Assembly: GCA_030688615.1 (NCBI GenBank)
Contig: JAUYIZ010000358.1
Coordinates: 1,006-65,005, forward strand
DNA length: 64,000 bases
DNA from: Desulfobacterales bacterium
Lineage (GTDB): Bacteria > Desulfobacterota > Desulfobacteria > Desulfobacterales > JAUYIZ01
Reading direction: 5' to 3'
The notes below the pieces were generated by a model. It was not told the origin of the DNA. It did no database searches and worked only from the letters and a program-made list of their open reading frames with translations. The position numbers and the translations under genes were made by a program. How positions within the stretch are numbered: the stretch's first letter is position 1; each line of letters opens with the position of its first letter. Shown here piece after piece: positions 20,821-29,197 of the stretch.

Positions 20821-22956
20821 TCACTTTGCTGTGCACAGGGGCGCTTCGGACAGCGCCGGTTTCCAAATGACATTGCCGAGAAACGATGCCGCATCGGGAA
20901 GGGGCTGCCCCCAGTAATTATCGGAAAAATCGAGCTGGAAGGGCGTATAACTCTGGACCTGAAAAGGATTATTGTTGAGGAACACACTCTGACGAATAAC
21001 CGGCGAGAGGCCCTCTCCTTCTACCACGACAGCGCCCTGGCCTTCGTTGTCCGTGACATAGGAACACGTGATGTTGGGTTTTGCGTTGTCTTTCAGATAG
21101 ATGCCGGCCTGGGCGCTGCGGGTTATTCGAAGTCCCGTTACCGTGGGCGCGCTGTTTTTAATGCTCAACCCGGTTTCGGCTTTCTCAATGGACACATGAC
21201 GGAGCACCGCCCGCTTTGCACCCTCGAGGAACACGCCGCGCCATGCTCCGGGCGAACTCCCGTCGGCCTTGGCGCCCAGGTAAATGGGGTTGTCCTGGAT
21301 TCCGTAAGCTAAAAGGTCCCCGCCGTCAATTGTCAGGGCCGTGTCCGCGGCAAACAGGATCTTCACCCCGGGCTCGATGTAAAGAACACCGCCGGGAGTG
21401 ACAAACAGGTCGGCCAGCACCGTATAGGGGTTTTTTTCAGCCACCAGAAGAACCTTGTTATTCACCTCACCCCCCAGCGCAGGTCCGGGCTGGGGCAGAC
21501 CGTAAAGATCCGGCTCGGGCAAAGGGACGGCTTCAACGGGCGGGCTGAAGTTTCCCGCATTGGCGGCCTTATCTATGGCCCGGACCTTGAAATAAACCCG
21601 GGTAAAATTGGCCACATTTTCAATCAGCGCCTCATTTTTCTCGCTTTTGGCGTTTAAAGCATACCCGCTGATGGGCGACGGGCTGGACCACACCTCATAT
21701 TTTGACAGGTCCGCGGCAAGGTTTGCGGCCCATTGCAATTTGATCTTGTTGTCTAAAGACATGGACTGTAAACTTGTGGTTTCTCCGGGCGGCAGGCTGT
21801 CAATATCAACGGTGTGCACCGCATCAATGGTCGCGGTCTGGGCTCCGGCCGGGTTAACCAGATATGCCTTGGCCAGAAGACCGTACGATTCCTCGCCGGG
21901 GGACACCATATAGCTGCCTTCGTACACTTCCCGGGAGACCAGTTCCTTTTCCACCGCGGCCACAAGCTCCGGGGTCAGTTCATGGCCCGTGTCTTTATAA
22001 TTTTTTTTGATGGCGCCCAGCACCTCGGCCTGCAACGCCTGCTTGACGGGCGGGGAGACCGGCCGCACTTCCAGACCCATCTTATAGTCTCCCAGGTCCA
22101 CATAGGCGGAGCTGCCCGGGTCGCCGATGATTCTGAATCCGATTCTATCGCCGGCCCGGTAGGGTTTTTCCGAATTCAAAACGGCAAAAAAATCGACCCG
22201 GGGCGCCGGCGGCTGAGCCGCCAAGACGGATTCAGGGATGTCCATGGTGGAAACGACCTCCCGGAAAAGCGCATCGGTCTGTCCCAGCATTTCGCTCTTG
22301 CGAAGGTTCCACACCGCTGCCACCGTGGAGGTGATCAGGCCGATGGGGTTTAAAGAAATGCCGCCGGCATGCGCCCGGCTGACCTGCTTGGCGCGCCATA
22401 AGAGGTTTCCGGTCTTCAAGTCCCACATTTTCACTTCGCCACCCACCGCCACCTGTGAATAAATCCCCAGGAAAATGCGATCGAAATGAGTTACCTTGCC
22501 GGATATTACCGCGTCCACCCCGAGAATGCTCATGAGCTTTTTGGGGTTGTTGGCGATGAGATCGTCAACTTTCTGAATGTCATCCAGGCCCGCGTTTTTC
22601 AGGCGTTTCTCGGTCTGATATATTTCCAGATCCGTAAAAGGCAGGGAGGACACATGGTTGTACATGCCCCGCCGCACGATATCGGTGGGGTTTTCAGAAG
22701 CAAGGTCGATGGAATAGCTTTTCCCCGTAAGGTTTTCAAAAGGCAATACGGCAATGGAAGAAGGTTTATACCTTTTAAAGTAGGCCGTATTTTCGTATTC
22801 GCCGGAAAAGCTTTTAAATGCTTCACTGGTGGCAATGATCGCAGGAATGCTCTTTTCATCCCCATAATGGGCGCAACCGCCAAGAATGATCAGCAACGAG
22901 AGGATAAAAAGAGGAAAGGATCTGTGTAAGAAACATTTCATGGCAAAACCCTTCAT
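20821..22956 (-). CDS. Lipoprotein with an N-terminal DUF799/GNA1162-like module, an FN3-like domain and C-terminal parallel beta-helix repeats
   Basis: Lipobox LGGCAH. N-terminal region: SIAVLPFENLTGKS...GVDAVISGKVTHFD...ISLNPIGLI. FN3-like segment: IKLQWAANLAADLSKYEVW...YFKVRAIDKAAN. Beta-helix-like repeats: SIKNSAPTVTGLRITRSAQAGIYLKDNAKPNITCSYVTDNEGQG. Confidence 0.6.
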   Translation of the reverse strand: MKGFAMKCFLHRSFPLFILSLLIILGGCAHYGDEKSIPAIIATSEAFKSFSGEYENTAYFKRYKPSSIAVLPFENLTGKSYSIDLASENPTDIVRRGMYNHVSSLPFTDLEIYQTEKRLKNAGLDDIQKVDDLIANNPKKLMSILGVDAVISGKVTHFDRIFLGIYSQVAVGGEVKMWDLKTGNLLWRAKQVSRAHAGGISLNPIGLITSTVAAVWNLRKSEMLGQTDALFREVVSTMDIPESVLAAQPPAPRVDFFAVLNSEKPYRAGDRIGFRIIGDPGSSAYVDLGDYKMGLEVRPVSPPVKQALQAEVLGAIKKNYKDTGHELTPELVAAVEKELVSREVYEGSYMVSPGEESYGLLAKAYLVNPAGAQTATIDAVHTVDIDSLPPGETTSLQSMSLDNKIKLQWAANLAADLSKYEVWSSPSPISGYALNAKSEKNEALIENVANFTRVYFKVRAIDKAANAGNFSPPVEAVPLPEPDLYGLPQPGPALGGEVNNKVLLVAEKNPYTVLADLFVTPGGVLYIEPGVKILFAADTALTIDGGDLLAYGIQDNPIYLGAKADGSSPGAWRGVFLEGAKRAVLRHVSIEKAETGLSIKNSAPTVTGLRITRSAQAGIYLKDNAKPNITCSYVTDNEGQGAVVVEGEGLSPVIRQSVFLNNNPFQVQSYTPFQLDFSDNYWGQPLPDAASFLGNVIWKPALSEAPLCTAK

Positions 22957-23005
22957 CAGTAAAATGTTTTATCAGGCTCCCCGGCAGGAAAATGAGGTCT
23001 TTTTA

Positions 23006-23034
23006 AGAATAATGATATGATCAATTTTTGTCAA
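23006..23034 (-). promoter_or_regulatory. Putative sigma70-type promoter of the lipoprotein operon
   Basis: Minus strand reads TTGACA (23034-23029), a 17-nt spacer, then TATTCT (23011-23006). This lies about 50 nt upstream of the ATG at 22956. Confidence 0.4.
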
Positions 23035-23089
23035 TAGAAAATTGGCCGTATCATCGACAGAATGAGGTCCCGGGCGCCGACCTGCCGTT

Positions 23090-24499
23090 TTAAGATATCC
23101 GGCTGAAATCTATCGCTTTAAATTTAAGGACAACCACGTAGATAATCAGCAGTTCTATCAATAATGCGGCCGGTTTGATAAATATATTGAAATAATGGAA
23201 CAGCACAAAAAGTATGACGTAGACGATAATCAGGTGCAGCAGAATCGGTTCGATGCCTTTGCGCACTTCTGAAAATAAGAGAAAGAATATTTTAATGCCG
23301 TACGTTTTTTTTCTTAAATCATCAAAGCCTTGATGCACGCGCCGGACCGCGGGAGTCTTGATCAGAATGCGGCTGAATTTTTCCACCAGCGCGACACTTG
23401 AAATGTAACCCATCAATTTTTTTATGGTGGACAACTCCCGGCGGCCGTAAAAAAGGAACGCGTAAAAAAGTGAAGCGCACAGGATGAGAAAATAATACGC
23501 CACCCCGGCCACCTCGGTAATCAGGTTGTCTTGAAGCATGTTCAGCAGGAGGTTGGCATGGATCTTTACTCCGGGAATATAGCCGTAAAAAGGCACCAGC
23601 TTCATGTCGCCGAGCCCGGTTGCGACGGCTGCGATAAACACGATTTTATCTTTGAAAAACCGCCCGGGAATCCTGCCGGACCATATGTCATAAAAGGATA
23701 TTTCTCTGATTTTATTTTTTGAGTCGATATTGATGTGCGCCCGGGAAAGGGCGTCCACCGGTATTTTGAACCTGCCGGCCCGGATCACACCTTTCTGGAT
23801 GGCAACCTTTTCCAGCGGAATGTCATTGATCCGGCGCAGGACCTCAAATGCAAGGGTTGGATAAAGCCGGTCTTTCACTTTTAGGACAATGGGGATCTTT
23901 CTCAACAATCCGTCATTATCCGGGTAGGCATTGGCCAGGCCGAAGCCCTGGAGCGCCTGAAAAATAGCAGGAGAAATGGATTCAAAGCCCTTCTCGTTGA
24001 TAAACCCTTTGGGCAAGCCGGCCGGGGCCTTTTGCGAAAAGGGCTCAAACATACCCTTGGACCGGTCATTTTCAGATGCAAAAATAACGGAAAACACCGG
24101 TCCGGTTGCCATGGTTTGCGCCAGGCGGGAATCCACCTCGGGGTCGTCATGGGGATCGGCAAACAGAATATCGTAAACCACGGCTTTGGGGCGGCCCGCC
24201 AGAATATTTTTCAGCAGGCCGATGTGATAGGCTCTGTATTTTAAGGGGTTGTAGGCGCCAAGTTTGTTCAGGGTTCTATCGTCGATGCCCACCAGGACGA
24301 CATTGCTGTAGTTTTGGGAGGCAACATCCCTAAAACGCTCACGGGTCGCCAGAAACTGGGTATAAAACGCATCATCAACCTGCACCAGGATGTTGGCCAC
24401 CAGCCCTTTGAGCGTGATGCTGATGAAAAGCAGGGAAAAACTTGCCAGGGCCAGTGAAATCACGGCGATATATTTATTTTTTTCCTGAAATGTTTTCAC
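23090..24499 (-). CDS. CHASE2 sensor-domain membrane protein with no recognisable output domain
   Basis: N-terminal TM segment, then VVLVGIDDRTLNKLGAYNPLKYRAYHIGLLKNILAGRPKAVVYDILFADP. C-terminal hydrophobic segments follow, but no cyclase, kinase or GGDEF motifs. Confidence 0.6.
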   Translation of the reverse strand: MKTFQEKNKYIAVISLALASFSLLFISITLKGLVANILVQVDDAFYTQFLATRERFRDVASQNYSNVVLVGIDDRTLNKLGAYNPLKYRAYHIGLLKNILAGRPKAVVYDILFADPHDDPEVDSRLAQTMATGPVFSVIFASENDRSKGMFEPFSQKAPAGLPKGFINEKGFESISPAIFQALQGFGLANAYPDNDGLLRKIPIVLKVKDRLYPTLAFEVLRRINDIPLEKVAIQKGVIRAGRFKIPVDALSRAHINIDSKNKIREISFYDIWSGRIPGRFFKDKIVFIAAVATGLGDMKLVPFYGYIPGVKIHANLLLNMLQDNLITEVAGVAYYFLILCASLFYAFLFYGRRELSTIKKLMGYISSVALVEKFSRILIKTPAVRRVHQGFDDLRKKTYGIKIFFLLFSEVRKGIEPILLHLIIVYVILFVLFHYFNIFIKPAALLIELLIIYVVVLKFKAIDFSRIS

Positions 24500-25235
24500 G
24501 ATCGCGCAACAACTTTTCCCGCCTCAGATTCCACAGCACCCAGGGATCTTTTGAAAAGCCTTGGACATCCAGATCTTTCTTCTCATATCCGCCCCGGGAA
24601 TCAATGGTGATCTGTTGCAATTCGTTAATAATTTCCACCCATTTTTCCATGCTGACCGAGTGGGGGCCGGTAACCGGGCGAGGTTTTGATATTGACGGCT
24701 GTTTGCCCGGCGCTGCTTCCGGCTGCCCGGGCCGGCTGCTCCAGGCGGCCACCTGGCCCTCATGAACGCTGACCCGGGTTCGATCACTGGTCTCATCAAC
24801 CCTGAAGGTCGTCCCCCGTATGGCGCATACGGCTTTGTCCGTGTGGACCTGAAAGGTTTTATTTTTCGAGACGATTTTCCGCGCGTTGACCCAGACTTTT
24901 CCAGCTGCCAGAAATATGGAAAACTTTTGCAGCGCTTTGGCTTTCTTTTCCTTTTCAAGTTCAAGTTTCTGGATGGAATTTTCATCCATCCGCAGAACGG
25001 AACCGTCGTTGAGGGTGATTTCACAGCGGGATTCAGGCCCGGTCCGGATCCGGCCGCCCGGAAAAACCTTGTCGTCCAGATGAAGCGGCTCCCATTTTTT
25101 TCCGTCAAAAGAGACCGAGGCCTCCCCCAGGATAAACGACATCGTGCCGATGGCCTCCGGCTGCATATCCGCATATGAGGGAACGCAGAAAAAACCAACC
25201 CCTAAAGACAGACCGATCATGAAAAACTTTTTCAT
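24474..25235 (-). CDS. Secreted FecR-domain protein
   Basis: Start at MKKFFMIGLSL (25235) is preceded by GAGGA; the ORF is open to 25265. FecR-like core: FPGGRIRTGPESRCEITLNDGSVLRMDENS ... AVCAIRGTTFRV. Confidence 0.65.
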   Translation of the reverse strand: MKKFFMIGLSLGVGFFCVPSYADMQPEAIGTMSFILGEASVSFDGKKWEPLHLDDKVFPGGRIRTGPESRCEITLNDGSVLRMDENSIQKLELEKEKKAKALQKFSIFLAAGKVWVNARKIVSKNKTFQVHTDKAVCAIRGTTFRVDETSDRTRVSVHEGQVAAWSSRPGQPEAAPGKQPSISKPRPVTGPHSVSMEKWVEIINELQQITIDSRGGYEKKDLDVQGFSKDPWVLWNLRREKLLRDRENISGKK

Positions 25236-25268
25236 AGCGTGTTTCCTCGACTCCGGCGTGTTCAAACA

Positions 25269-25306
25269 GGTAACCGTTCACGGTTATCGGTTCACAGTTT
25301 TTTCAA
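25269..25306. repeat. Heptanucleotide tandem-repeat element, single arm
   Basis: GGTAACC GTTCACG GTTATCG GTTCACA GTTTTTT CAA. It is identical to the reverse complement of 34352-34396 apart from one missing GTTCACA unit. Confidence 0.7.
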
Positions 25307-25315
25307 GGATGGGCA

Positions 25316-27571
25316 CTATTTGGTTTTCATGGTGTAGGCCCCGTCCCAGTCCTTGCCCGGCGGATCCGATTTGAACTCATTACATCGGCTTATGAAGGTT
25401 TTGCTGGGGCCGTCGTCGGGAGACGCCGCCAGGGCGGCATTAAAATAATTGATGGCCTCGTCCCACTGCCGTTCCCGGTATGCATAACGTCCTTTGGCAT
25501 ATTGATCCACGGTTTCCCGGGTCCGGGCATCGACCTCGTTGATATAGCCCATGATCTCATAAATATTCACCGCTTCTTTTTTCCCCACCACATTGATCGA
25601 ATCAATCTGCCGGGTCATGATTCGATCTCCGCATGCTTTGTATGTTGTTTCACTGATCAGGGTGTAAATTCCATACACTTTGTTTACGCCTTCCAGTCGG
25701 GCCGCGGTATTGACGGTATCGCCCATCATCGTGTAATCCATGCGGTTTTTGGATCCCATGTTGCCCACCACGGCACTGCCAGTGCAAAGACCAATCCGCA
25801 TCTTCAGCTCCGGTTTCCCGGCCGCTTTCAGCTCGACCCGCCGCCGGGCTAATATATTCTGCATTTCAACGCAGGCGATACAGGCTCTTTCCGCATGATT
25901 TTCAAGGTCGTTGGGCGCACCGAATAGCGCGATGATGGCGTCCCCTTCAAACTTATCCACGGTTCCTTCAAGATCCAGGATGATTTCGGTCATTTCCGTC
26001 AGGTATTCATTGAGCAATTCAACCAGCGCAGGGGCGGTCAGCTTTTCAGAAATGCTCGTAAACCCCTCCAAATCCGAAAAAAATGCCGTGATTTCACGGT
26101 TTTCCCCGCCTAAAACCAGTTTCTCGGGCGATTCGATCAGCTGTTTCACCACCGATGGAGCAAGGTACGTGGAAAAAGCGCTGCGGATAAACGCTTTCTG
26201 TCTGGATTCGGAAAAGTATCGATACGCCGTGATGCCGGTATAGGCCATCAGGATGACGATCAGTGGATACACAAGGTTTAAAATCCATCCATAGGAGGAA
26301 AAAAGATACTGGCAGAGAACGATATAAAGCACAAAAGCCGTAAACCCTGTTCCGGTGCCGAGGATGACGCCGCCTCTGGGAAGTAAAAACCCGAGTAAAA
26401 GACCGCACAGAACGATTGCCATCATGTCGAAAAGGGCCACCCAGCCGGGTTTCTGCAAAAAATCTTTCGAAAAAATGCTGTCCACGATATTGGCATGAAT
26501 TTCCAGCCCCGGATAAACACTCTCAAAGGGCGTGTTGCGCAAATCATAAATGCCGGTGGCCGTGGCCCCCACAAATACGATTTTATTCTTCAGGATCTCG
26601 TCTGAAACTTTGCCCTGCAGAATATCGGTGATGGAAATATGGGGGAAAATTTTCTGCTTACCCCGGTAATTGATCATGATCCTTCCAATTTCATCGGTCG
26701 GGATCTGCACCCTTCCGATGCGGACCTTTTCAACGCCGTAATCGGCGATTTTTACCGAAAGGGGCTGGTTCCAAAAAGCGCTCATAACCTTAAGGGATAG
26801 CGGGGCGTAAAGGTTGTCCCTGAACTTGAGCACCGCCGGAAGCCATCGAACCACACCGTCCGTTTCGGTGAACATATTAAAAAAACCGGCGTCGCCGGCA
26901 GCGGTTGCGATTTCCCTGATGTTGGACTGGGGCACTTTCCCCGCTAAAAAGGGCAGATTCCGGGCGCCTTCGGAAGCATACTGTACAAATGCATATTTTG
27001 CCCCTTGCACATTCTCCGCATGCGTCTGGATGTCTTTTTCGGTAATATGTTCGATCTCCCTGTCGTCCATTTGAAAAAAATACCCGAGGACCACTTTGGC
27101 CTTGGATTTTTTGATGGCTTCGGCCAGCAGTCGATCATTGTCGGACTCCAGCGTTATCTTTTCCAGGTAGTTCTGAAATTCACTGTTTTGGATCTTAAAA
27201 TCGGCAAGGCTTGTTTTAATTTGGTCCAGGGCGTGGATCAGTCGTTTATTGTCCGGTTCGAGAAATCCCACATCGAACCCGATGACCTTGGCGCCGGCGT
27301 CTGAAAGCCTGTTGATCAGATGGGCGAATTTTTTCCTCGGCCAGACCCAATTTCCCTCCACGGCAATGCTCTTTTCATCCACCACCGCCAGCACCACCTC
27401 CGGTCCCGGTGGTATTTCCCCCCGGGATTGAAATCGCAGATCGATGGTCCTCAATTCCATTAATTCGAGGAAGGGCACTTTCACGGTATAGGCGGCCAGA
27501 CCCAGGATAATGGTGAGGGCGGCAATGGTAAGGGGGCTTAATTTAACATATTTTTTAATGAAGGCGGCCAT
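25316..27571 (-). CDS. Class III adenylate/guanylate cyclase with an N-terminal CHASE2 sensor and a C-terminal TPR-like tail
   Basis: CHASE2 motif: VLAVVDEKSIAVEGNWVWPRKKFAHLINRLSDAGAKVIGFDVGF. Cyclase motifs: ITAFFSDLEGFTSISE, VDKFEGDAIIALFGAP, RIGLCTGSAVVGNMGS, DYTMMGDTVNTAARLEG. Start taken at MAAFIKKY (27571). Confidence 0.8.
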   Translation of the reverse strand: MAAFIKKYVKLSPLTIAALTIILGLAAYTVKVPFLELMELRTIDLRFQSRGEIPPGPEVVLAVVDEKSIAVEGNWVWPRKKFAHLINRLSDAGAKVIGFDVGFLEPDNKRLIHALDQIKTSLADFKIQNSEFQNYLEKITLESDNDRLLAEAIKKSKAKVVLGYFFQMDDREIEHITEKDIQTHAENVQGAKYAFVQYASEGARNLPFLAGKVPQSNIREIATAAGDAGFFNMFTETDGVVRWLPAVLKFRDNLYAPLSLKVMSAFWNQPLSVKIADYGVEKVRIGRVQIPTDEIGRIMINYRGKQKIFPHISITDILQGKVSDEILKNKIVFVGATATGIYDLRNTPFESVYPGLEIHANIVDSIFSKDFLQKPGWVALFDMMAIVLCGLLLGFLLPRGGVILGTGTGFTAFVLYIVLCQYLFSSYGWILNLVYPLIVILMAYTGITAYRYFSESRQKAFIRSAFSTYLAPSVVKQLIESPEKLVLGGENREITAFFSDLEGFTSISEKLTAPALVELLNEYLTEMTEIILDLEGTVDKFEGDAIIALFGAPNDLENHAERACIACVEMQNILARRRVELKAAGKPELKMRIGLCTGSAVVGNMGSKNRMDYTMMGDTVNTAARLEGVNKVYGIYTLISETTYKACGDRIMTRQIDSINVVGKKEAVNIYEIMGYINEVDARTRETVDQYAKGRYAYRERQWDEAINYFNAALAASPDDGPSKTFISRCNEFKSDPPGKDWDGAYTMKTK

Positions 27572-27705
27572 ACCGGATTTCCTTGAGAGCTCTTTTCTAA
27601 AACGGAAGCTAACGGATAGTTGTCTAAATTTGTTGACCTTTTTGTTTTTTATAGTGTAATAATCAAGGATAGTCAATAAAAGTCTGTTCGTTATATTCAT
27701 TTTTA

Positions 27706-28503
27706 ATGAGGTTTTTGCGCCGGATGGTTCACATTACAGGTTACGCCGGAAGGCATACCATCAGGTATGTCAACCACATTTTGGACCTTTTCGCCCTGAA
27801 TTTCAGAATATGCCGTCTGCTTTTTATCCGGCAGAGATACGGGCGGACGCTGGTACGCAGGGTCGCCCTGGAACAGGTCTATTTTACCTGCGTTCAGGCC
27901 CTGCCCATAATCATCCCCATCGCCCTGATTATCGGCAGCATGATGCTCATACAGTTCTCAAAAGTATCCGGGCAATACGATCTTGGCAAGACCACGGTTC
28001 TGCTGATTGTGCGGGAACTGGGCCCGGTGGTCACCGCGCTGCTGGTCATTTTAAGGTCTGCCACCGCCGTGACCATAGAAATCAGCTACATGAATGTGCT
28101 CAACGAAGTCGACGCGCTGGAGATGGCGGGGATGGATCCGCTGCGTATCATCGGCCTGCCAAGAATGATCGGCATTGTTTCCGCCCTGCTCTGTCTTTTT
28201 GTTATTTTTGATCTCATTGCAATTATCGGCGGGTATGCCGTTGCCTGGATGATTACTTACATATCCATGGGCGATTTTCTGGCACAAATCGCCAAAGCCA
28301 TCACCTTGACCGATATTACGGTGGGCATCGTAAAAGCATTATTTTTCGGCATCACCATCACGGTAACCTGCATTTATCACGGACTGTCCATACCCCAAAA
28401 CATGATGACACGCATTCCCATGAAGACTTCCAGGGCCGCGGTGGATTGCTTTTTTTATTGTTTATTGATAAATGTCGCCATATCTGTTGCTTTTTACATT
28501 TAG
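27706..28503 (+). CDS. mlaE: MlaE-family ABC transporter permease
   Basis: 265-aa polytopic protein. RELGPVVTALLVILRSATAVTIEISYMNVLNEVDALEMAGMDP is typical of MlaE/Ttg2B. Confidence 0.75.
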   Translation: MRFLRRMVHITGYAGRHTIRYVNHILDLFALNFRICRLLFIRQRYGRTLVRRVALEQVYFTCVQALPIIIPIALIIGSMMLIQFSKVSGQYDLGKTTVLLIVRELGPVVTALLVILRSATAVTIEISYMNVLNEVDALEMAGMDPLRIIGLPRMIGIVSALLCLFVIFDLIAIIGGYAVAWMITYISMGDFLAQIAKAITLTDITVGIVKALFFGITITVTCIYHGLSIPQNMMTRIPMKTSRAAVDCFFYCLLINVAISVAFYI

Positions 28504-28511
28504 GATCCATA

Positions 28512-29192
28512 ATGCCTCTTGTTGAGCTTTCAAACTATACCCTTGAAGCCCCCGGGGCCGGAAACGGTCTTAAAAACTGCAACTTCACCGTTTCGGAGGA
28601 TGAGATTTACGCGGTTCATTCCGACAACCCCGAGGATGCGCATCTTTTTCTGAAAGCCCTTGCGACCCTTGAACGCCCGAAACACGGCACGTATCGGTTT
28701 AACGGCCAAGCCCTCGATTTCACGGATTACAGAAAACTATTGCCCTTTAAATACAAGATCGGTTACGTGGCCTGGGACGCCTCGCTGATCGGCAACCGGA
28801 CCGTCAGGGAGAATCTGCTGTTCAGCAGATATTATTTTGAAAATTCGCTTTCATTGACGCTGGATGAAAAATCCGGCAGGCTCTGCAATCTTTTAAAAAT
28901 TGAAACCTCGCTGGAGAAACGGCCTTCAGAGCTTAATCAGTCCGAGCGGAAAATCGCGATTACCATCCGGGAGCTGATGAAGGCCCCGGACCTGCTGCTG
29001 ATCGAATTTCCTGAGGATTTGGTGAAAGGACAGACCGTTGATTTCATTTTCGAAACCTTAACGGGCATTTTCGGTTCAGCCCATGCAGTGGTTTTATACT
29101 CCTATGACGAGGAAGTCACGGCACGTTTTTCCAATAAGAGCGTGTCCATTCTTAACGGGATCGTAACGGTGCAGGACGTAATGCGGGAATAA
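28512..29192 (+). CDS. MlaF-like ABC ATPase homolog with degenerate nucleotide-binding motifs (probable pseudo-ATPase)
   Basis: ABC-fold spacing is retained but the motifs are lost: Walker A is HSDNPEDAH, the Q-loop region is VAWDASL, the signature is LNQSE, Walker B is LLLIEFPED and the H-loop is YSYD. It sits between the mlaE and mlaD homologs. Confidence 0.6.
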   Translation: MPLVELSNYTLEAPGAGNGLKNCNFTVSEDEIYAVHSDNPEDAHLFLKALATLERPKHGTYRFNGQALDFTDYRKLLPFKYKIGYVAWDASLIGNRTVRENLLFSRYYFENSLSLTLDEKSGRLCNLLKIETSLEKRPSELNQSERKIAITIRELMKAPDLLLIEFPEDLVKGQTVDFIFETLTGIFGSAHAVVLYSYDEEVTARFSNKSVSILNGIVTVQDVMRE

Positions 29193-29197
29193 TACCC

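Noticed and set aside
24474-24499. A 26-nt overlap between the FecR gene end and the CHASE2-only gene start, considered as a possible annotation problem or programmed event.
   Set aside because: Short overlaps are common in tight operons. There is no alternative in-frame start nearby and no slippery sequence.
25269-25306. Whether the short regularly spaced repeats (heptamer arrays) could be a CRISPR array.
   Set aside because: The units are 7 nt and directly abutting, with no spacers. No cas genes are present in the window.
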